NCBI GenBank assembly: GCA_002414225.1
Contig: DHYV01000016.1
Span: 52,649-116,648 of the forward strand
Direction: 5' to 3'
DNA length: 64,000 nt
DNA from: Desulfobulbaceae bacterium UBA5121
GTDB lineage: Bacteria; Desulfobacterota; Desulfobulbia; Desulfobulbales; UBA5123
The first letter of the stretch is position 1; each line of letters begins with the position of its first letter. Under the pieces are notes generated by a model that saw only the letters and a program-made list of their open reading frames with translations, was not told the DNA's origin and did no database searches. The translations under genes and the position numbers were made by a program. Shown in pieces: positions 58,049 to 64,000 of this stretch.

Positions 58049-58076
58049 TTTTGGTGCTTTAATTTTGGTGCTTTAA
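58049..58076. repeat. Perfect 14-bp tandem direct repeat (TTTTGGTGCTTTAA x2)
   Basis: 58049-58062 and 58063-58076 are identical. The repeat abuts the pal Shine-Dalgarno (AAGGAGAG at 58075-58082). Confidence 0.9.
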
Positions 58077-58089
58077 GGAGAGCGTGATT

Positions 58090-58683
58090 ATGAAGAAATC
58101 TGTGTTCCGTTTGTGTGTCGTTACAGCAGTGTTTGCCTCGCTGTCTTTGTTCGCCACCGGCTGTGCAAAGAAAGCCGTCCGTACCGACGAAGGAGCCGCT
58201 ACCGGAGGCGCTGCTGCGGCAGTGGAGCAGCAGGCACCGCCGGCCACTTCAGCGAGTCACGGTGAGGCCATGGGCGGCGAAGAGGCGCTTGCCTCCTCGG
58301 GCGGTGGCGATTCCTCCCAACAGGCTTTTTCCGAAGGACGTACCACCGGCCCCCTGCTGCCGGTATACTTCGACTTTGACAGGTCCGATATCCGTGCCGA
58401 TCAGAAGGGGCGGATCACCGGTAACGCCGACTATCTCAAGGAGCATTCTTCCGCCTCCATTCGCATCGAGGGCAACTGTGACGAGCGCGGCACCAATGAG
58501 TACAACATGGCCTTGGGCGAGCGGCGGGCCATGGCTGCCAAAAAATACTTGATGAACATGGGGATCGACGAAAGCCGCTTGCAGACGGTGAGCTACGGTG
58601 AGGAGAAGCCGTTCGTCAATGGCCATGACGAAACCTCCTGGTCCCAGAATCGCCGCGACGATTTCGTGTTCACTGGCCGCTGA
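58090..58683 (+). CDS. pal: Peptidoglycan-associated lipoprotein Pal (OmpA-like domain)
   Basis: Lipobox LSLFATGC, then LPVYFDFDRSDIRADQ...IEGNCDERGTNEYNMALGERRA...VSYGEEKP (OmpA_C/Pal signature). Confidence 0.9.
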   Translation: MKKSVFRLCVVTAVFASLSLFATGCAKKAVRTDEGAATGGAAAAVEQQAPPATSASHGEAMGGEEALASSGGGDSSQQAFSEGRTTGPLLPVYFDFDRSDIRADQKGRITGNADYLKEHSSASIRIEGNCDERGTNEYNMALGERRAMAAKKYLMNMGIDESRLQTVSYGEEKPFVNGHDETSWSQNRRDDFVFTGR

Positions 58684-58829
58684 TTCGTTCCTGCGATCAA
58701 ACCCACGAGAACGTTTCTTTTGGGATCCTGATATCTCCAGCCGGAACCCTGTTTTTGGGAGCAGGCGTTCCGGCTGCTCTTTTTTCCGCAAACATGAGCC
58801 CCTGTGGCGGGGTGTGGAGGCTTAAGAAG

Positions 58830-59393
58830 ATGGTGAATCGTTTGTTTGCCAGGCGGATGTTGCTGGTCCTGACTTGCAGTGCTGTTCTGGCAATGAGTGG
58901 GCCGGTTTTCGCCGGGCCGGCCATGAAAATAGGTACCGTCAATCTTCAGTATATCCTGACCAATTCTTCAGTGGCCCACGCCGCCCAGCTGAAACTCAAG
59001 GCCAAGGCCGACGAGCTGCAGGGAAACGTCCAGAAGGAGCAAGACAAGTACGATGCCCTGAAGAGTGAAATCGACAAGAAGAAAACCGTATGGTCCCAGG
59101 ACGTCCTGCAGGAGAAGGTGCGCGAACTGCAAAAGGTCGAAGAGTTTGGCAAAATTGTCTCCCGTGATGCCAACTTCGAGATGAAAAATCAGGAGAAGAA
59201 GTTGATGGGTCCCATCCTCAACGAGTTGGGGGCGGTCATCGACGCCTATGGCAAACAGGAAGGGTTTACCCTGATCATGGACAACACCGGCAAGGGGGCG
59301 CGTTCCGGCATCCTCTATGTCGACCAAACCCTCGACATCAGCGACAAGATCTTAAAGGAGCTGGACAGCCGTCTTCAGCCGAAGAAGAAATAG
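58830..59393 (+). CDS. skp: OmpH/Skp-family periplasmic chaperone
   Basis: Signal peptide LLVLTCSAVLAMSGPVFAG, then IGTVNLQYIL, a long Lys/Glu/Gln coiled-coil arm, and GFTLIMD...ILYVDQTLDISDKILKELD. Confidence 0.8.
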   Translation: MVNRLFARRMLLVLTCSAVLAMSGPVFAGPAMKIGTVNLQYILTNSSVAHAAQLKLKAKADELQGNVQKEQDKYDALKSEIDKKKTVWSQDVLQEKVRELQKVEEFGKIVSRDANFEMKNQEKKLMGPILNELGAVIDAYGKQEGFTLIMDNTGKGARSGILYVDQTLDISDKILKELDSRLQPKKK

Positions 59394-59418
59394 CCGCCGC
59401 GCTTTTCGCGTCAACGAT

Positions 59419-59465
59419 AAAACAAACGGCCCCGGACGAGAAAATCGTCCGGGGCCGTTTGTTTT
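59419..59465. terminator. Bidirectional rho-independent terminator between convergent skp and the parA-like gene
   Basis: Perfect 21-bp stem (59419-59439 pairs with 59445-59465) with loop GAAAA. The A-run and T-run flanks are part of the stem, so it can work on both strands. Confidence 0.85.
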
Positions 59466-59539
59466 GAGACTGGACGCTGGAGGTGTTGTGTCGCAAACGA
59501 ACCCCTTGCGGCTAACTCCTTTATCGCCAAAAGTCGAAC

Positions 59540-60472
59540 CTAGCGAAGCAGTTTCGGATTGCCCGCCACCTTGCGCACCAACTCGCGGTAATCCTCGGCG
59601 CCGGGTGAGCCAGGAGCGAATTCGTAGATGGTCTGGCCGTAAGCCGGCGCCTCAGAGAGTCTGACGTTGTACCGGACCGGCGGACAGAGGAGCGGGCCGT
59701 AGAGTTCCTCGATCTTTTCGAGGATACCCATTGACTGCTTGACCCGCTTGTCCATGAAGGTGGGGAGGATGTACTTCAACGCCACCTCCTTGCGGTGTTT
59801 CTGGATGGCGGAGATGCTTTTCAGGAACTCCAGCAACCCTTGGAGGGTCATCACCTCCAACGAAACCGGGGTAAGGATCTCGTTGACGTAGAAGAGGACG
59901 TTGACGGTGAGGGGATCCCAGCCCGGCGAGGTGTCGACGATCACGTAGTCGTAGTCCTTCTCGATGGGGGTCAGGGCGTCGTAAAGGGTGCGCTCGCCGC
60001 CGAAATCCTTGCGGTCGATGAGCCGCTTGATGCCGGCCAGCGACTTGCCGCCGGCCAGCAGCCAGAGCCGGTCGCGGGCCTGGGTGATGGCCTCTTCGGG
60101 GCGCAGTTCCTCGGTGACCAGTTCGGTGAGGCCGGCCTTGGGCTTGACCCCCAGCATGAAACTGTCCTGCCCCTGGGTGTCGGTGTCCACCAGGAGTACT
60201 TTGAAGCCGGCAAAGGAGAGGCCGGCGGCGAGGTTGACAGCGGTGGTGGTCTTGCCCACCCCGCCCTTGCTGATGGAGATGCCGATCCGACGCGGTCCTT
60301 GCTGCCTGGTCGCCGCAGCTACCTGGGACGGCTCCGCCAATGGTTCCGGTTGCCGACCGGGCAGCGGGAATTGGTTGCCGCAAAACTTGCAGCGAGCCTT
60401 TTTGATGTTGGGCGGGATCAGGTTTTCGTCGATGTTATGCTGTTTTTTGCAATGAGGGCATGTGAGAACCAT
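59540..60472 (-). CDS. ParA/MinD-family P-loop ATPase with N-terminal MJ0042-type zinc-ribbon
   Basis: N-terminus MVLTCPHCKKQHNIDENLIPPNIKKARCKFCGNQF (CxxC...CxxC zinc ribbon), a Pro/Gln linker, then the deviant Walker A SISKGGVGKTTTAVNLA, VLLVDTDTQG and YVIVDTSPG. Confidence 0.8.
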   Translation of the reverse strand: MVLTCPHCKKQHNIDENLIPPNIKKARCKFCGNQFPLPGRQPEPLAEPSQVAAATRQQGPRRIGISISKGGVGKTTTAVNLAAGLSFAGFKVLLVDTDTQGQDSFMLGVKPKAGLTELVTEELRPEEAITQARDRLWLLAGGKSLAGIKRLIDRKDFGGERTLYDALTPIEKDYDYVIVDTSPGWDPLTVNVLFYVNEILTPVSLEVMTLQGLLEFLKSISAIQKHRKEVALKYILPTFMDKRVKQSMGILEKIEELYGPLLCPPVRYNVRLSEAPAYGQTIYEFAPGSPGAEDYRELVRKVAGNPKLLR

Positions 60473-60625
60473 CAGGTTGTCTCCGCTCTGAAAATGAGAT
60501 CCTGGCCGCGGCGAGGAAGCCGGGAGGGTGCGTTGAGCAAATCACCCTGGCCGCCGTCCTGTTGGGGCGTGGTTGCCGAAAGGGGCTGTCCTGTCGGGGG
60601 AGGAGCCATTGCCGCTGCCGTCTCC

Positions 60626-61027
60626 CTATTGTTTCCTGTTGATTTCTTTGATGAGCTGCCGGTAAAGCACACTCTCCTTGCCGTGCTGCTCGAGTTCCCG
60701 CAGGATCATTCTCAAGGCAGTATCGACGATACCGGATTTGGATATCTGGTTGATGGCCTCCTCCGGCAACATATGCTGGAGTTTTTCACGGGCCTCGCCC
60801 AGCTCCTCGAAGACCTCTTGCGACAGATAGTGGGTGGTCTTTTTCTTGCTGGTGCGGTGCCGCCGTTGTTTTTGCCGGACTTGGCCGGTGGGGGCCTTTG
60901 GCGTCTCGGCAGGCTGGCCCTGGCGCTGGATGAGTTCGGTCAGCTCGGCAAGGCCAGGCACCTGCTCTTCGTGGGTACCGGTCAAGACATCGGCGAGGAC
61001 GTCTTTCTCTTCTTTTTTGTTCGACAT
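60626..61027 (-). CDS. Small basic protein, possible ribbon-helix-helix (ParG/CopG-like) DNA-binding partner
   Basis: 133 aa. An acidic N-terminus is followed by the very basic tract RQKQRRHRTSKKK, then TTHYLSQEVFEELGEAREKL (a beta-strand plus helix pattern of RHH proteins). It lies between the PilZ and ParA-like genes. The start was chosen at MSNKKEE. Confidence 0.45.
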   Translation of the reverse strand: MSNKKEEKDVLADVLTGTHEEQVPGLAELTELIQRQGQPAETPKAPTGQVRQKQRRHRTSKKKTTHYLSQEVFEELGEAREKLQHMLPEEAINQISKSGIVDTALRMILRELEQHGKESVLYRQLIKEINRKQ

Positions 61028-61109
61028 TGCTCCCCTATCCTGCAAACGCATGCACCCTTGGCGTTCCGGGGTGCCGCTGAAACGACTCCCCCCCTTCCTG
61101 TACCCCGGG

Positions 61110-61487
61110 CTATTTGGCGAACATGTTGGCGCGGTATTTGCCGATGTAGTCGGCAATTGCCTGGGCAATCTCTTCATTCATGTCGACGAGCGCGATACCG
61201 CAGAGGTAACGACCGGATTCATGGGCCGAGATGTGGACCACTCGGCCCTGCAACTCGAACTGTTGATCGAGCAGCCGTAGGCCGACGGCGTGGTGGGAGC
61301 TGGCCTGCGGCAGGGCGTCCTCCTCGTCGAGGAGAATGCCGAGTCCCCTGCTGCCCAGGTTGACCACCTGATAGGTCCGGGCGCCGATGCAGGCCGTTAC
61401 GTCGTGCGACTCGAGGACGGGTACCCGAAAGATATCGCGGGTGATTTGTTCCAGATCCATACCCTTCTCCCTGCGTGCGATTGACAT
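61110..61487 (-). CDS. PilZ-like domain protein
   Basis: RDIFRVPV (RxxxR) followed about 20 aa later by VVNLGSRGLGILL (close to D/NxSxxG, but the Ser is offset by one). Small beta-barrel size. An alternative start is at 61460 (MDLEQI). Confidence 0.55.
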   Translation of the reverse strand: MSIARREKGMDLEQITRDIFRVPVLESHDVTACIGARTYQVVNLGSRGLGILLDEEDALPQASSHHAVGLRLLDQQFELQGRVVHISAHESGRYLCGIALVDMNEEIAQAIADYIGKYRANMFAK

Positions 61488-61692
61488 TGTTTTGTCTGCC
61501 GGTGGCTTGGGCCGGTACGGTCCATGTCGGCCGGAAGCGGCGTGGTGATGTCGTGAGGCCGTTTGCCGGAATGGACGTTTGTAGCTGAATTCGTTAGTGA
61601 AAAATATTATAGCAGTTTTCGTTGGAATTGCGCCACAGAATTAATAGGATCGGCGTCCATGGGCGATTTAGCTGAAACGAAAGAATTTTTTG

Positions 61693-64000
61693 CTAGCCAC
61701 TTTGGGGTTCGTCGCTGACAATCGTTTCGCCGACGAGCATGGCCTGCACGCTTTGGAGCAATTTGGTTGCCGAAACCGGCTTGGTGAGCAAGGCCCTGAC
61801 GCCGATCTTCTTTGCCTGTTCGACATGGGCCGGCTGGCTGTAGCCGGTATAGAGGATGACGGGCAGGTTTGGTCGGATTTGGAGCATGGTTTCCGCCATG
61901 GCAAGACCGGTGAGATCCGGCATGTTCTGGTCGGTTATCACCAGATCGCAGCAGTACGGGTCGCTGCGGAACCGTTCCAGGGCGGCGACGGGCGAGGTTT
62001 CGCCCATGAACCGATAACCTTTTTCCGTCAAGAACTGGCCGGTCATCGCCACCAGAACCTCCTCGTCGTCGACAAAGAGTATCCGCCGCTGTTCAGCCCC
62101 GGCGGCAGTAGGAGTGGGGAACGCCGGCAGGTACGCGGTCAGGGTGAAGCCGAGGGAGGGAGGGAATTCCTCCATCACTCCGCCGCCGTGGTCAGTGGCA
62201 ATGGCCCGGGCCTCGGCGAGTTCCTCCTCGGTAGCGGTTCCATTCGGCAGGGCAGTGGCGGGGAGGGGATGTGCTGCCGTTGCTGCCTGGCTGGTTCCGC
62301 CTCCGGCACGGAAGCGGAGGTAAGTGCCCGGCCTGAGGGTGGCGGGTCGTTGCTCGTCCCGTTCGTCGAAGAAGACCCGGTCAAGGGTGAGGCTTATGAC
62401 GGTGCCGTTGCTGTTGGTCACGGTGCGCCGCGCCACGTCGCAGAGACGGGTCAGCAGACGGCGGATGCGGTCCGGGTTGGCCGCCACCACATCACCGTCC
62501 GAAATGATCTGGCGGCGGAGGTCCATGCTGGCAGGGAGTGTTGCCGCCAGAGAGGTGGCCACTTCATGGAGCAGGGCGGCCATGGAGTGGGGGGATCTGG
62601 ATCCCTTTGCGACGGATTCCGCTGGGCACTGTTTGGCCAGCAGGGTTCTGGCCCGGGACGCTGCCTTGGACGCAAGGTTGAGGTTGTCGGTAGCGGCTGC
62701 GGAGACGCCGTTGCGGACGGCGAGGTCTGTGTGGCAGATGACGGTGTCGAGGAGGGTTCCAAGATCGCGGGTCATGGCCGGAGCGAGGCTGGCGTTGGTG
62801 GCGGCCGGTTCGCTCAGAGGAGTCTGTCGCCTTTGTAGCCGCTCACGCTCCGCAGCTTGCACGGCGGAGATGTCCCAGAAGGATTCGACGATGCCGACCA
62901 ACTTGCCGTGCCGGTCGTGGAGCGGGGTGGCGTTGAGCAGCAGCGGGAGTACGGTGCCGTCGTCAGCCGTTCGCTGGATTTCCTGGGGCAATATCTCACC
63001 GCCACCGTCCAGAAGGCGGCGCAGTGGACAGCGGCCGGTCCGGCAGATGGGTGAATGCCAGGCAGAATAGCATCTCTCGCCAACCAGTTCGCCTCCGTGG
63101 CCGAAGAGTCGCTGGAAGGAATCGTTGACGCGGGTCACCCGGAAGTCACGGTCGATGACGCATACCGCCTCGGCCGTGCCGTTGAGTGCCCGGGTCAGTG
63201 CGTCGTAGCTGTCGGAGAGTCGCGCGGCCCTTTCCCGGCAACGGGTGGACTCGGCTACCAGCTCGTCTTTTTCCATGGCTGTAGTTTCGGCTTGTTGCCT
63301 GAGTCGCTCTTCGTAAGCGGCGCGGGTGTGGCGCAGCTCATCTTCGGCGGCCAGGTGGCGTTCTCCCGCCAGGCGGTGAGAGCGACTGGCCAAGATAATC
63401 CCGATGCAGCCGACAAGCCAGACGAGTATCGCACAGAGGATATGCTGTCGGATGATCGTCCACTGTCGGGCCAAAAAGGGGGTCAGCGGCAGGGAAACCG
63501 AGGCGCCACCCAGATCATTGGCAGTGTTGACCTCGCCGGAGCCATGGCAACGGAGACATTCGCTGCGCAGTGGCAGGGGCCGCATCAACCGCAGATAGGG
63601 TTCGCCGTTGATCTCTGTTTCTTCCAGAACCTCCCGGACCCCGCCGCTGTTGAGGAGACTGAGGGCGTGTTGCTGCCAGATGTCGGGGATGTTGTCGGGG
63701 TTGAGAGGCCTGGGGCGGGTGACGGTGCTGTACAGGCCCGTCGGAGAGGAGAAGTGGTCCTGGATGGCCGCGCTCACTGCCGCTGGGCTCACCAGGGTCA
63801 GTTGTCGGCCGGAGGGGGTGGTGATATCGTGTTCGGCCACCCCTGCCATGCGAGGGGAGGAGCGGGTCGTTTGCGAAACCGGTACGTAAACGCCGCCCTG
63901 CTCTGCCAACCAGAGTCTGAGAGCGTTGTCCTTGGCGTAGATGGTACGGATTTCGTCGCTGGCCGTGGCCAAAATGGCTCGTTGTACCAGAATGATATCG
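61693..64000 (-). CDS. Heme-c (DUF3365/Tll0287-like) - TM - PAS sensor protein with degenerate HisKA/HATPase core and intact C-terminal REC; 5' end outside the window
   Basis: The frame is open to the window edge. A CLRCH heme-c site sits in a periplasmic domain (PYLRLMRPL...CLRCHG), followed by one TM segment, then a PAS domain with CYSAWHSPICRTGRCP. The kinase-like core aligns to the neighbouring hybrid HK but lacks the H-box His and the G boxes. REC: ILFVDDEE...DLVITDQNMPDLTG...TKP. Confidence 0.75.
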   Translation of the reverse strand, partial: DIILVQRAILATASDEIRTIYAKDNALRLWLAEQGGVYVPVSQTTRSSPRMAGVAEHDITTPSGRQLTLVSPAAVSAAIQDHFSSPTGLYSTVTRPRPLNPDNIPDIWQQHALSLLNSGGVREVLEETEINGEPYLRLMRPLPLRSECLRCHGSGEVNTANDLGGASVSLPLTPFLARQWTIIRQHILCAILVWLVGCIGIILASRSHRLAGERHLAAEDELRHTRAAYEERLRQQAETTAMEKDELVAESTRCRERAARLSDSYDALTRALNGTAEAVCVIDRDFRVTRVNDSFQRLFGHGGELVGERCYSAWHSPICRTGRCPLRRLLDGGGEILPQEIQRTADDGTVLPLLLNATPLHDRHGKLVGIVESFWDISAVQAAERERLQRRQTPLSEPAATNASLAPAMTRDLGTLLDTVICHTDLAVRNGVSAAATDNLNLASKAASRARTLLAKQCPAESVAKGSRSPHSMAALLHEVATSLAATLPASMDLRRQIISDGDVVAANPDRIRRLLTRLCDVARRTVTNSNGTVISLTLDRVFFDERDEQRPATLRPGTYLRFRAGGGTSQAATAAHPLPATALPNGTATEEELAEARAIATDHGGGVMEEFPPSLGFTLTAYLPAFPTPTAAGAEQRRILFVDDEEVLVAMTGQFLTEKGYRFMGETSPVAALERFRSDPYCCDLVITDQNMPDLTGLAMAETMLQIRPNLPVILYTGYSQPAHVEQAKKIGVRALLTKPVSATKLLQSVQAMLVGETIVSDEPQSG

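Noticed and set aside
59795-61363. 522-aa plus-strand ORF running across the ParA-like, small-protein and PilZ genes.
   Set aside because: It is antisense to three independently recognisable minus-strand genes and crosses their intergenic gaps. The composition is Gly/Leu/Arg-rich without motifs.
1-64000. Search for rRNA, tRNA, CRISPR repeats, IS elements or transposases, integrases, phage genes, toxin-antitoxin pairs or known defence-system genes.
   Set aside because: None were seen. The intergenic regions contain no tRNA-like T-loop/acceptor patterns or regularly spaced repeats, and no ORF has transposase, integrase or nuclease-helicase signatures. The window appears to be core chromosome.

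Overview
Visibly GC-rich segment (roughly two-thirds G+C by eye, not computed), densely coding, and it looks chromosomal rather than mobile. I found no rRNA, tRNA, CRISPR array, transposase, integrase or phage genes. The gene content suggests an anaerobic Desulfobacterota-like (deltaproteobacterial) organism, but that is inference only.

Main blocks, in order:
(1) 1-11.7 kb: tail of an NrfD/PsrC-type membrane subunit, a 538-aa protein with kinase-like motif order, an Smr protein, a Zn-ADH, a TPR protein, a flavodoxin-like protein, htpX, a parvulin-like protein, a GHL10 lipoprotein, a YkgJ Cys-cluster protein and a BASS transporter.
(2) 11.8-17.0 kb: tolC-like / PAS-fused MacA-like adaptor / ABC ATPase / FtsX permease operon.
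(3) 17.2-23.0 kb, minus strand: STAS / RsbW-like kinase / periplasmic SBP / Cache-HAMP-PP2C phosphatase partner-switching module, then an MCP.
(4) 23.3-33.8 kb, minus strand: tandem-duplicated SBP, hybrid histidine kinase, HlyD adaptor, ABC ATPase, two FtsX permeases and a 571-aa polytopic protein.
(5) 34.3-40.1 kb: napDAGHBC periplasmic nitrate reductase operon.
(6) 40.8-44.5 kb: TorD-like chaperone plus PsrA/PhsA-like molybdoenzyme and its FeS subunit, with no membrane anchor, behind a 0.66-kb leader that contains an AT-rich island.
(7) 44.7-53.9 kb: periplasmic msrAB, a DUF116-like protein, class II RNR (nrdJ) with tandem NrdR-like boxes, REC-HPt, a ferritin-like protein, DUF362, a PIG-L deacetylase and ppsR.
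(8) 54.3-59.4 kb: a low-complexity protein, glgP, pal and skp.
(9) 59.5-64.0 kb, minus strand: PilZ / small RHH-like protein / Zn-ribbon-ParA cluster, and a heme-c/PAS sensor with a degenerate histidine-kinase core plus an intact receiver.

Nothing here is an obvious defence or mobile system. The most unusual items are domain-architecture novelties in signalling and export genes. Many long ORFs in the track are antisense or out-of-frame artefacts of high GC content and were rejected.
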